A DNA stretch of 64,000 nucleotides. Source: Deltaproteobacteria bacterium TL4. Its GTDB lineage: Bacteria > SAR324 > NAC60-12. The stretch covers positions 1 to 64,000 of the forward strand of contig JBBCAX010000150.1 of NCBI GenBank assembly GCA_051382335.1, read 5' to 3'. The notes beneath the pieces were generated by a model, which was not told the origin of the DNA, did not search any database, and saw only the letters and a program-made list of their open reading frames with translations. Made by a program: the position numbers and the translations under genes. Below are positions 28,992 to 38,614 of the stretch, one piece after another (positions within the stretch are counted from its first letter, which is position 1; each line of letters opens with the position of its first letter).

Positions 28992-29904
28992 GATCCTCAT
29001 GCCTCCCCTCTCTCTTAAAAAAACACATACCGCCAAACCGAAATGGCTTAAAGTGCCTTTGCCTGGAGGACAAAGATATTCCTGGATTAAAAATCAGGTG
29101 GATACTCAATGTTTGAGCACGGTATGCCAGGAGGCCCGTTGTCCCAATCTCGGAGAGTGCTGGAATGGCGGAACCGCAACCTTCATGATTATGGGGGATA
29201 CGTGTACCCGAGGTTGTCGCTTTTGCGCTGTCACTTCTTCTAAAACCCCTCCGCCCCTAGACCCGGAAGAACCCGAAAAATTAGCCCTGACTATTTCCAA
29301 AATGAAGCTGAGTTATGTCGTGCTGACCACCGTTGATCGGGATGATCTTTCTGACCAGGGGGCATCGCACATTGCCGAATGCATCTCCAAAATAAAACAG
29401 AAAAACACCGACTTGTTGATCGAAATTTTAATGCCCGATTTTCAAGGGAAAATGAAGCTTCTTGATCCCATCATCCAAGCGTCTCCTGCCGTCAATTCCC
29501 ATAATTTGGAAACTGTGGCGCGCTTGACCCCTCTTGTTCGTGATCGTAGAGCGGGATATCAGCAATCACTTGACGTTTTGAACTATTTAAAACAGCACGT
29601 CCCCCAAGGTTATACAAAATCTTCTTTGATGCTTGGTTTGGGAGAAACCTTGACAGAAGTACATCAAGCCATGGCAGATTTACGTCATGTAGGGGTTGAT
29701 TTTTTAACGTTGGGGCAATATTTACAGCCTTCTTCACGCCATTTGAAAGTTGAGGAATATGTTACCCCTGAAACCTTTAAAAGTCTGGAACAAACGGGGT
29801 TGGAAATGGGGTTTGAGTCCGTTGCTTCCGGCCCCCTCGTTCGAAGTTCCTACAAGGCCGCAGAGTTTTTTATTCAACGAACTATTCGTCATAAAAATAG
29901 ATGA
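28972..29904 (+). CDS. lipA: lipoyl synthase (start likely 28999)
   Basis: CQEARCPNLGECW, CTRGCRFC, HNLETV and GPLVRSSY. Confidence 0.96.
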   Translation: MKPKPIKILMPPLSLKKTHTAKPKWLKVPLPGGQRYSWIKNQVDTQCLSTVCQEARCPNLGECWNGGTATFMIMGDTCTRGCRFCAVTSSKTPPPLDPEEPEKLALTISKMKLSYVVLTTVDRDDLSDQGASHIAECISKIKQKNTDLLIEILMPDFQGKMKLLDPIIQASPAVNSHNLETVARLTPLVRDRRAGYQQSLDVLNYLKQHVPQGYTKSSLMLGLGETLTEVHQAMADLRHVGVDFLTLGQYLQPSSRHLKVEEYVTPETFKSLEQTGLEMGFESVASGPLVRSSYKAAEFFIQRTIRHKNR

Positions 29905-29934
29905 TTTCAACCTTTTTTTAACCATGGGTCCCTG

Positions 29935-31221
29935 ATGCAAATGAAACCACTTTCCCTTGCTCCTATCTCTACAATTTCAGGAAGAGTTCAATTACCTGGC
30001 TCCAAAAGTCTTTCCAATAGAGTCTTATTACTCAGTCTGCTTGCAAAGGGAAAGACCTTGGTAAAAAACCTTCTGGATAGTGACGATATTCGCTATATGG
30101 TGGACGCCTTAAAAAAGTTGAACATCACCTTCGAGGAAAACCGTGAGGAACATCAAATCACGATTGTGGGCTGTGGCGGCAAGATTCCCGTCAATGGTGC
30201 GGAACTCTTTTTGGGAAATGCGGGAACAGCGATGCGCCCATTGACGGCAGCCGTTTGTATGGGACAGGGACGTTTTGTTCTGGATGGTGTTCAAAGAATG
30301 CGGGAACGCCCCATCATCGACCTGGTCGATGGTTTGCAGCAGTTGGGTGTTCACATTAATTGTGTCAACAAGACAGGATGTCCTCCTGTTGAAATCCAGG
30401 CTAAGGGAATCCCGGGGGGAACCACTCATTTGAGCGGAGCCATCAGTAGTCAGTATCTTTCTGCCATTTTAATGGCGGCGCCTTATGCGAAGAAGGATGT
30501 CGACGTCATCATCAAAAATAAACTCGTATCCATCCCTTATGTCAAAATGACGCTCAACTTAATGGAGCGTTTTGGGATCTCTATAGAAAATGATGATTAT
30601 AAAGCGTTCCATATCAAAGGCCATCAAGTCTATCTTGCTCCAGGAACAATTTATGTGGAAGGAGATGCCTCGTCGGCGTCTTATTTCCTCGCTGGCGCCG
30701 CCATTACAGGAGGTACGGTTACGGTGGAAGGTTGTGGTTCTGATAGCATCCAAGGCGATTCTGAGTTTGCGACCATTCTGGGGCAAATGGGGGCGGATGT
30801 CCAGTGGGACGCGCATTCTATCACGGTTACCGGAAAAACTTTGAAAGGCCTTGATGTGGATATGAATACCATGCCTGACGCCGCCATGACCTTGGCGGTT
30901 GTGGCCTTATTCGCAAAAGGAAAAACCGCCATCCGCAATATTTATAACTGGCGTGTTAAAGAAACAGAACGCTTGCACGCGGTCTCTACGGAGTTGAAAA
31001 AATTAGGCGCAATTGTCGAAGTAGGTGAAGACTACCTGGTGATTACGCCTCCCGCATCAATCAGTCCCGCATCCATTGAAACCTATGATGATCATCGTAT
31101 GGCAATGGCCTTCTCGCTGGCAGCCTGTGGTCATCAAACCATCCTCATCCAAGATCCAGACTGTGTCCGTAAAACCTTTCCTGATTATTTTGAAATCCTC
31201 GCTTCCTTGAGTCAGTCTTAA
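29935..31221 (+). CDS. aroA: EPSP synthase
   Basis: [32 protein letters not shown] and DDHRMAM. Confidence 0.97.
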   Translation: MQMKPLSLAPISTISGRVQLPGSKSLSNRVLLLSLLAKGKTLVKNLLDSDDIRYMVDALKKLNITFEENREEHQITIVGCGGKIPVNGAELFLGNAGTAMRPLTAAVCMGQGRFVLDGVQRMRERPIIDLVDGLQQLGVHINCVNKTGCPPVEIQAKGIPGGTTHLSGAISSQYLSAILMAAPYAKKDVDVIIKNKLVSIPYVKMTLNLMERFGISIENDDYKAFHIKGHQVYLAPGTIYVEGDASSASYFLAGAAITGGTVTVEGCGSDSIQGDSEFATILGQMGADVQWDAHSITVTGKTLKGLDVDMNTMPDAAMTLAVVALFAKGKTAIRNIYNWRVKETERLHAVSTELKKLGAIVEVGEDYLVITPPASISPASIETYDDHRMAMAFSLAACGHQTILIQDPDCVRKTFPDYFEILASLSQS

Positions 31222-31525
31222 AGTAACCGTGACTGAACTGGCTCAGGCCGCTCGCTGAATTGCTGAAAACTGTATTTGGTCTGGATATGTCTCTCACTAT
31301 CAGGTAGTGTAACCCTCCCAATTCGGCTTTGTTAAATAAGATTTTCTGAGCCTCGCGGAGGAGCGACCGCAGGTGGTCTTCCTCTAAACGTATGTAACAA
31401 AGAAGGAATTTAACCTTTTCGCATGATTTTTGACGGGTAGCTTCGCCGCCCCCTCCTGCTTCCTAGGTAGAATCAAACCATGCTGATTAACCTTTTTAAC
31501 AACCTTTAACAGACAAAATCATTTT

Positions 31526-32614
31526 ATGGACGATTTACAAGAACAATTCATTGCTGCATTTTCTGAAATTATGGATGCAGATACAGGAAAAGACCTGACA
31601 GAAACGGAGATCATTTATAGCTGCCTGGTCAACGGCAATTTTGCCAAAGTGATTCTGATTCTCCCTGAAAATTCGCCTCAACGTGAATCATTGCCTCCTC
31701 AGATCGAAGAAAAATTGACTCAAATTGAGGGGATTAACCGGGTTGCTGTTGAAATACATGCGGAACCGCCTCAGGCAGAAACACCAGAACCCACGGCCAC
31801 CGCGGCTAAGACAGGACGTCCACTTCAACAACCGAAAAATACCGCTTATTTGGATAACTATGACGCGGTTATTGTGATTGCAAGCGGAAAAGGCGGAGTC
31901 GGGAAATCAACCGTTGCTATTAATTTAGCGTTGGCTCTTGCTCAACGGGGCAAATCGGTGTCTCTTTTTGATGCCGATATCTACGGTCCCAGTTTACCAA
32001 TCATGATGGGCATCCGGGAATCCAAGCCGGTTGTGAATCAAAATTCGATCACGCCCATTGAGATTTACGGGATTCAAACCTTGTCCATTGGGAATCTGGT
32101 GGATGAAAACTCTTCAATGATCTGGCGTGGGCCGATGGTTCACCAAGCCCTATCTCAACTTTTAGGAGATACACGTTGGCCGGGTGGTGATTTCATGATT
32201 ATTGACCTCCCTCCAGGGACAGGCGACGCGCAGTTGACGATATCTCAGCTTTGTGAGTTGACAGGAGCCGTTATCGTTTCTACACCTCAAGACGTGGCGT
32301 TATTGGATGCGAGGAAGGCCATCAATATGTTTTCCAAAGTGGATGTTGAAATCCTGGGTATTGTGGAAAATATGAGTACGTTTATTTGTCCTCATTGTGA
32401 AAAAGAAACCGCGATTTTCGACACCAATGGGGCCAAGAAAGCCAGTGAAGAATTGGGAATCAGTTTTTTAGGCGCAATTCCTATCGAACTGGATGTTCGT
32501 AAAGGCGGAGATCAGGGACGTCCGGTGATGACTCAGAATGTGGACTCTGCCGCAACTCAAGCCTTCCGGTCTATTGCTTCCAACCTCATAAAAATTGTTG
32601 ATGAGATGGAGTAG
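31526..32614 (+). CDS. apbC: Mrp/ApbC Fe-S cluster carrier ATPase
   Basis: SGKGGVGKST, DADIYGPS, WRGPM, DLPPGTGD and ENMSTFICPHC. Confidence 0.94.
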   Translation: MDDLQEQFIAAFSEIMDADTGKDLTETEIIYSCLVNGNFAKVILILPENSPQRESLPPQIEEKLTQIEGINRVAVEIHAEPPQAETPEPTATAAKTGRPLQQPKNTAYLDNYDAVIVIASGKGGVGKSTVAINLALALAQRGKSVSLFDADIYGPSLPIMMGIRESKPVVNQNSITPIEIYGIQTLSIGNLVDENSSMIWRGPMVHQALSQLLGDTRWPGGDFMIIDLPPGTGDAQLTISQLCELTGAVIVSTPQDVALLDARKAINMFSKVDVEILGIVENMSTFICPHCEKETAIFDTNGAKKASEELGISFLGAIPIELDVRKGGDQGRPVMTQNVDSAATQAFRSIASNLIKIVDEME

Positions 32615-32624
32615 AGACGGGTTT

Positions 32625-34598
32625 ATGAGCCATTCTTCTCCCGAAAAAAAATCCTGGTTAGACGCGTCGTTCCTAACGTTTTTATGGATCATGCTCCTAA
32701 CCTGGATTGCTTACTTTGACACGCTTCGAGCACCTTTCTTTTTTGATGATATCACCAATATCGCAGAGCAACAGAGTTTTGGCTCACTCTCTGTAGTCTG
32801 GAAAAATGTTTGGTCTGCTTTTTATCTGCCCCAACGCGGTTTGGTCAATTTAACCCTTGCCCTTAATTATCACTTTCACCAGCTTGAGGTTTGGGGATAT
32901 CATGCCGTCAATATTAGCATCCACGCGATAAACGCCTTCATTCTTCTGCAACTGATCAAAATACTGGGTTCTTCACACGCGAAACCTATTCCACGCTTTT
33001 CTCTTTACTGTACTGTCGCGTATTTTGTTGTCCATCCTTTGATGACCGCGTCTGTTAACTACACCATGCAGCGTGCGACTGAAATGCTGACGATGGTTTA
33101 TATGCTGACGGTAATCAGTTATCTCCAAATGAAACGCGCTCAAGCGAAAAAACAGGTTTTATGGGGATTGTCCCTCGTGGTTAATGCTTGGTTTGCGTAC
33201 CAGTGCAAGGAGATTTCCTTGACACTTCCGCTGTTATTGATGAGCTATGAAATATTAATTCGTGCCCATACGTCCAGTCTGATACCGTTTGTCAAAAAAC
33301 TGTTTATTCCACTGACACTCTTTGTTTTTATTGCCCTATTTTATCTTTATCAATTGGATTTCTTCAGCTCTTCCTTGCATTCTGTAGGATTTAACTCACC
33401 GCTGCTGTGGAGTCCCTGGCAACAGTTTCAAGCACAAATGCAAGCACTTCTGCATTATTGGAAGATGCTGCTCTTCCCCTTATCCCATTGGCTAAATATC
33501 GATCATGATTTCAGAATATCGACCTTGCTGATTGATGGCTGGTCCATGCTTGCGGCCTTGATTCACTTGCTTTTATTAGGAGTTGCGTGGAACTTGGCTC
33601 AAAAGCGATACCTCCTCAGTGCATTGGGTATTGTCTGGTTTTATGTAACTTTTTTCCCTTATACCCTTATTCCTGAAAATGATATCCTAGTGGATTATAA
33701 AGCGTATTTTTCTGGAATTGGCTTTTTTTTGATTTTCGCGGATCTGCTCTCTCAGCTTTATCCTTTGCTTTGCCGTCACAAATTACGAGGAGTGATCTGG
33801 GGACTTTTGGGGTTTGCCCTCCTGGGAACATGGAGCCGGAATAGCATTTATGAAAGCAGTATTTCCCTATGGACCGATGCCGCGCAGAAGTCTCCGCAAA
33901 AAGCACGGGTTCATAATAATTTAGGAGATGCTTATTTTGAAAAGGAACAATGGGCTCAAGCGACGGTTCATTTTAAAAAGGCAGTTGAACTCAATGCTAC
34001 GTACTTAAAAGCAAAACTGAATCTTGCAAAAGCGTACATGCAAGCAAAGCAGTATCTTCAAGCTCAGCAGATTCACGAAGAGTTGATGGCGATTATTCCA
34101 AAAAATTATGAATTAAATTATGACATTGCCCGACGTTTGAATCTTGAAGGAAACAAGGTGGAAGGTATTCAGCGGTATCATCAATTGCTGGAACTTATCC
34201 AGCAAAACCCGACGGATCCGCAAAATCTCCTGTATCGTACCTCCACCTACAACAGTCTGGGAAAAACCTACCTGGAGTTAGAGCAATGGGAACAGGCCAA
34301 AGAGTCTCTCAACTTAGCTCTTGAATTAGATCCGGATCACGCAACCGCTCATTATAATTTAGGAACCGTATGGTTAAAACAAAGGAATCCCAACCTTGCG
34401 ATTCCCCATTTATTACAGTCGATCAAAATAAATCCCAACAACGTGGAAGGCCTTAACAACCTTGGGGTTGCTTACCTCCAACTCGGCTTCTTTCCACAGG
34501 CAAAATTAACATTCCAAGCCGTATTAACGCTCTCTCCCACTCATCCGGATGCCCTCCAAAATTTAAGATTCTTAAAGCAACGATTTCCTGGGCTTTAG
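32625..34598 (+). CDS. TMTC-like GT-C glycosyltransferase with C-terminal TPRs
   Basis: FFFDD in the first loop, GYHAVNISIHAIN, HPL, CKE, ~10 TM, RN..Y.S..SLW.DA..KSP and TPRs. Confidence 0.82.
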   Translation: MSHSSPEKKSWLDASFLTFLWIMLLTWIAYFDTLRAPFFFDDITNIAEQQSFGSLSVVWKNVWSAFYLPQRGLVNLTLALNYHFHQLEVWGYHAVNISIHAINAFILLQLIKILGSSHAKPIPRFSLYCTVAYFVVHPLMTASVNYTMQRATEMLTMVYMLTVISYLQMKRAQAKKQVLWGLSLVVNAWFAYQCKEISLTLPLLLMSYEILIRAHTSSLIPFVKKLFIPLTLFVFIALFYLYQLDFFSSSLHSVGFNSPLLWSPWQQFQAQMQALLHYWKMLLFPLSHWLNIDHDFRISTLLIDGWSMLAALIHLLLLGVAWNLAQKRYLLSALGIVWFYVTFFPYTLIPENDILVDYKAYFSGIGFFLIFADLLSQLYPLLCRHKLRGVIWGLLGFALLGTWSRNSIYESSISLWTDAAQKSPQKARVHNNLGDAYFEKEQWAQATVHFKKAVELNATYLKAKLNLAKAYMQAKQYLQAQQIHEELMAIIPKNYELNYDIARRLNLEGNKVEGIQRYHQLLELIQQNPTDPQNLLYRTSTYNSLGKTYLELEQWEQAKESLNLALELDPDHATAHYNLGTVWLKQRNPNLAIPHLLQSIKINPNNVEGLNNLGVAYLQLGFFPQAKLTFQAVLTLSPTHPDALQNLRFLKQRFPGL

Positions 34599-34613
34599 TG
34601 GTGACACTGAGTG

Positions 34614-37436
34614 TTATGGGGCGGGAACGCTCCAAAGTGGAAACGATTTTTTCATAATGATGTCGTTAAGATTCCGTGCGTGGATGACGATTTCGTTGTA
34701 GCCTGGTGAGAGTTCAAGGGGAATGTCAAAAGGAAATAGTGTGGACTCTTTGTCGGAATTTAAACCATAAAATATTTTTTTCTGGTTGATAAAAACATAC
34801 ATATCTTTCACAGCTCGCTGCCCTTCGATCTGCCCTTTGAAGTTGACCCTTTTACTGGAGGTTTGGTAAGCGACAGGCTGGTTTGAAGTATCAAGCACCT
34901 GCATCTGTTCCAACTGAGTGGCTTGGAAAGTCCCGTTGGGAAGCTGTTGTTTGAGGGGGAGGGGAACGATCAGTTCCTGGTTTCCAAAATCAGCGTCTTG
35001 GATCTCCACGTTTAATTTTGACAAAGCGTCCTTGGTCTTTTTAAAGACCAGAAAGGCGGTTTTGCTTTCATTCGGTTTGATTTTTCCTAAAATCGATCGG
35101 CCCTTACTGATGCTGAGATCAGGACTCTGATCTTTTAAGGTGATCACGGCATTCTGGGCTTCCCCCGGTCCCTCATTGTGAATGATGGCTTGCAAGACAA
35201 TCGTTTCTCCTGTTTGCAACAGTCCATCGCCATTCCCTTCGCTGCCTTGGGTTCCGTCATCCAAGCCTGTGAGTGTGAGTTGAAACCTGGGTTCAGAGAG
35301 ACACTTTATGGGAAGTAACCGGGTTTGTGAGGAAAAAGTCTGCATCTCTGAGTCTATCAGTTTGAGTGTGATGACTTCGAGCGCATTGTGACTCTCTTCT
35401 GGAATGGAAATGTTTAAGGTTTGCGTTCGTGTTTTTCCCGCCTCAAGATAACCTACAGGCAATTCCAAATGATGAAAAGCAGGATTAGGGCTTTCAGTAA
35501 GAATCAGTAATCGACTTTCAGACCGGGTACCAACGTTGGTGACTTTTATTTGAAGATGCAGCTCAGAATTTACGGGGATACTGGAATCAAAAGGTTTCCA
35601 CTCATGTGGCTCTTGCGTAGCGGTCCATTCAATGTTGGTCTTCATTTCGAAGGCAGAGGGCTCAGGGGTCGTCTCTCTTAAGTTCCAATCAACGCCCATT
35701 TGATCCAGTGCTTGAATAATTTCCTGTTCTTGCTTTTTGGCAACCTGTGGTTGAAGTGCAAGAGCGGTGTTCAGTAATTTTTCACTGCCGCCTTTTTTCA
35801 AATTTTCCAATAAAATCTGCTTGGCAAATTGAACAAAAAAATCATTTTCCAAGGTATCCAAGGAGGGTTCTGGAGAAACAAAAAACTGAGCAGAGGCGTC
35901 TGTATTCGAATAGTCATGCCGATAGTATTGAAGTTGTGCCTCTGGAACTTCAGGTTGTGAAATCCAGGAGCTAAAACTGTCTACCTCAATTTTTTCAATA
36001 GGGAGTACATTTTTTTGTGACAATTGAATGTGTTCCTTGGAGATAATTGCTGGATACAGAAGGATATTCGGCGTGACTCCCACCGATTGAATGGATTTAT
36101 TATTAGGTGTCAAATATTGAGCAATTGTGAGTTTTAATGCGCCTCCATTGTCTAAATCCCATACGGATTGTACGGACCCTTTGCCAAAAGTCTGCTCTCC
36201 AAGCAACACGGCACGTTGATGTTTTTTTAAGGCCGCCGCAACGATTTCAGAGGCGGAAGCACTTCCTGCATTGACCAAAATGACGATTGGCAATTGAGTC
36301 AGAAGATGATTTTTTAAAGGCCAATAAGACTTGTATACTTGCTGTTGTTGATGATGACTTAACGTAGAGACAATCACCTTTTCTTCGGTAAGAAAGAGAT
36401 CACTCATGTTGATAGCCTGTTCCAGCAACCCGCCAGGGTTATTTCTAAGATCCAGAATAAGGCCATGGGACTCCTGCAAATTTTCCAACCCCTCATACAG
36501 TTCTTTGAGCGTGTGTTCTTGAAAGTTTTTGATTCGTATATATCGAATGGGATTGGGGCTTGTTTTCAATTCTTGGACAACCACACTATTGATCTTGATC
36601 ACTTCACGGGTAAGTTCGTATTTTTGAGGTTGGGTGAAGCCTTTCCTCATGATATGAAGGATTATTTTACTTCCGGTCTCTCCACGCAAACGTGAAATAC
36701 TGTCAGTCAGTGTGATGTTGGCTGTCTCTTCATTATCAATTTTAACAATACGGTCCTTGGGACGGATGTCGGCACGTGCGGCGGGACTTCCATCAATAGG
36801 TGAAATTACAATCAACTCTTGGTCCCGAATACCAATCATCAGTCCAACGCCCGCAAATTCGCCAGAGGTTACAATTTTGAATTCCTGGTAAATATCCGCT
36901 GTAAGCAATACTGAATGAGGGTCTAGCCTGGCGAGAAGGCCGCGAATCATCACAATGTCAATATCATTGGTAGCGGGGAGGGTTGTGGTTATGGTTGAAT
37001 AGAGATATTGCAATACCTGATGCAGATCCCTCAGGTTCCTGAGGTTGGAAAGATCGATTGTCTGTGAGCTGTCTCCAAGTGTAAATTGTAACTGTTTCTG
37101 TCCTGAGGTCTGGATTACGAGTTGGGTTTGAACCTCCGGGATCTCATCTTCAAGAGCGATCAAGGCCCCCTCTAGCATCGCTAAGGTATCCATGTGCTCG
37201 GGTTCGACATAGTCTAACTGAACTCGCATCAACACTTCTGAAAGCAGCGAAGATGAATGTTGCAAGCTTAAGGTTGAAGGGGATATGGTCTGAGATTCAG
37301 AGAGGCTCAACGCCAATTTTGAGGAAGAACCGCACCCTGCGGTGGCAACGATAAGTCCCCACAGAATGAGGAGGCTTCGGCATTTCAAATAACATTTTTT
37401 GTATCGAAAGGGGATCCTTTTTATGAAACGTAACAT
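34614..37436 (-). CDS. S41 C-terminal processing peptidase with long C-terminal extension (MXAN_5808-like); probable lipoprotein
   Basis: lipobox ATAGC, LDPHS, PDZ (GVGLMIG), DLRNNPGGLL, SASASEI and GKGSVQ. Confidence 0.9.
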   Translation of the reverse strand: MLRFIKRIPFRYKKCYLKCRSLLILWGLIVATAGCGSSSKLALSLSESQTISPSTLSLQHSSSLLSEVLMRVQLDYVEPEHMDTLAMLEGALIALEDEIPEVQTQLVIQTSGQKQLQFTLGDSSQTIDLSNLRNLRDLHQVLQYLYSTITTTLPATNDIDIVMIRGLLARLDPHSVLLTADIYQEFKIVTSGEFAGVGLMIGIRDQELIVISPIDGSPAARADIRPKDRIVKIDNEETANITLTDSISRLRGETGSKIILHIMRKGFTQPQKYELTREVIKINSVVVQELKTSPNPIRYIRIKNFQEHTLKELYEGLENLQESHGLILDLRNNPGGLLEQAINMSDLFLTEEKVIVSTLSHHQQQQVYKSYWPLKNHLLTQLPIVILVNAGSASASEIVAAALKKHQRAVLLGEQTFGKGSVQSVWDLDNGGALKLTIAQYLTPNNKSIQSVGVTPNILLYPAIISKEHIQLSQKNVLPIEKIEVDSFSSWISQPEVPEAQLQYYRHDYSNTDASAQFFVSPEPSLDTLENDFFVQFAKQILLENLKKGGSEKLLNTALALQPQVAKKQEQEIIQALDQMGVDWNLRETTPEPSAFEMKTNIEWTATQEPHEWKPFDSSIPVNSELHLQIKVTNVGTRSESRLLILTESPNPAFHHLELPVGYLEAGKTRTQTLNISIPEESHNALEVITLKLIDSEMQTFSSQTRLLPIKCLSEPRFQLTLTGLDDGTQGSEGNGDGLLQTGETIVLQAIIHNEGPGEAQNAVITLKDQSPDLSISKGRSILGKIKPNESKTAFLVFKKTKDALSKLNVEIQDADFGNQELIVPLPLKQQLPNGTFQATQLEQMQVLDTSNQPVAYQTSSKRVNFKGQIEGQRAVKDMYVFINQKKIFYGLNSDKESTLFPFDIPLELSPGYNEIVIHARNLNDIIMKKSFPLWSVPAP

Positions 37437-37624
37437 ATTTCCAATCCACTCATCAAAGGCCTCAGAATAGCTGCTGTAAGCACCTCTGAAAGTTCTCTAG
37501 GCGCCATATCCAGAGCGTCTTTTTCATTTTTTGTCTGTAAAATTTCATGAGACTTTGGTGAGAATAGGCTGGAAGTGATAAAGCTTTCTTCGGTAGTCTC
37601 GTCTGCAATCAGTATTTTTTCCAT
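37421..37624 (-). pseudogene. degenerate N-half of a response-regulator receiver domain
   Basis: MEKILIADE...DALDMA.RE..EV....ILRPLMSGLEIC then stop; phospho-Asp position lost. Confidence 0.55.
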
Positions 37625-37736
37625 AAGAAATCAACGCTTAATGCCCAGGTTTGGAGTAATCATTTAAATTCTCTTTTAACTATGTAAAAACTTGGTATGG
37701 TTACATACATCAGCTAACTCTATCCCCACTGTAAAT

Positions 37737-38504
37737 ATGTCACAAGAGAATATTGCTTTCAAACGTCCTGACTCCATCAAAAAGATATCAGATAAACTCA
37801 TCTACTCGCTGGAAGATAAGCGACTCGATTTTTTGTTTGAGGCCTGTCAACAATACGGGGAGGTTTATAAAAATAAACGTTTCTGGCCTCTGTTCCTGAC
37901 CATTGCTTTCAGTTGGCTGGTGTTTCCCCTCATTTTTTGGCTCATCTATCGCTATCAAATTCCAGAAGGGAAACAGCTCCGTTTGTTGAAACAAGAACTC
38001 AATGAGTTGAGAGAAACACGGGAAAGACGTACTTTTTGGAGAAAAATCTGGAATAAAAGAAATCGGCTCCCTTCAGAAAATATTCAGGAAATCAATCAGT
38101 TCTATAATGCACTCATTCAAGCAATACGGCAATACAATATGCGTATTGACCTTTTCGATTACACCTTGGATCGTCAAAGTAAAAAATTAGATCATCCGCT
38201 CACCGTAGGCGAGTTGGAACAACTGGAGGAAACCTTCCAACGTCTTTACGATGAGCTGAGCAGTGCCATCAAACTATTGGAAATCGCGGAGCAAAACCCT
38301 GAACTGGATATCATCACCTTATTGAAAAATCAATATGGTGACACCCAAGTTTCTGTCCACTATCTTTCTCAAACCTCTGACCTCAATCACTCGGGACAAT
38401 TGATACAGGACTTACTTTTATTAGAATCAGAGCTGCGGGCTGATATTGAACAATTAACTGGTGGTTCAAGAACCCGTTTCCCTTTAGAGACCAGTGACTT
38501 TTGA
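37737..38504 (+). CDS. hypothetical membrane-anchored helical protein
   Basis: hydrophobic FWPLFLTIAFSWLVFPLIFWLIY segment followed by helical/coiled-coil region; ATG 37737. Confidence 0.75.
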   Translation: MSQENIAFKRPDSIKKISDKLIYSLEDKRLDFLFEACQQYGEVYKNKRFWPLFLTIAFSWLVFPLIFWLIYRYQIPEGKQLRLLKQELNELRETRERRTFWRKIWNKRNRLPSENIQEINQFYNALIQAIRQYNMRIDLFDYTLDRQSKKLDHPLTVGELEQLEETFQRLYDELSSAIKLLEIAEQNPELDIITLLKNQYGDTQVSVHYLSQTSDLNHSGQLIQDLLLLESELRADIEQLTGGSRTRFPLETSDF

Positions 38505-38614
38505 ATTGCTGAAATCCTGCCTAGGAATTCATGGTAGTAATTTTGAAACAAATACGCTAAGTTTGTTCTCGGTCGTGTCCTGCGCCTGAAAACCCCGTTC
38601 CCGATGGAGGATCC

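Noticed and set aside
31222..31525. 300-bp aroA-apbC intergenic region with GGTAGTGT and a GC-rich patch
   Set aside because: No convincing ORF, paired IR or RNA family; the 8-nt match to the IS end is too short
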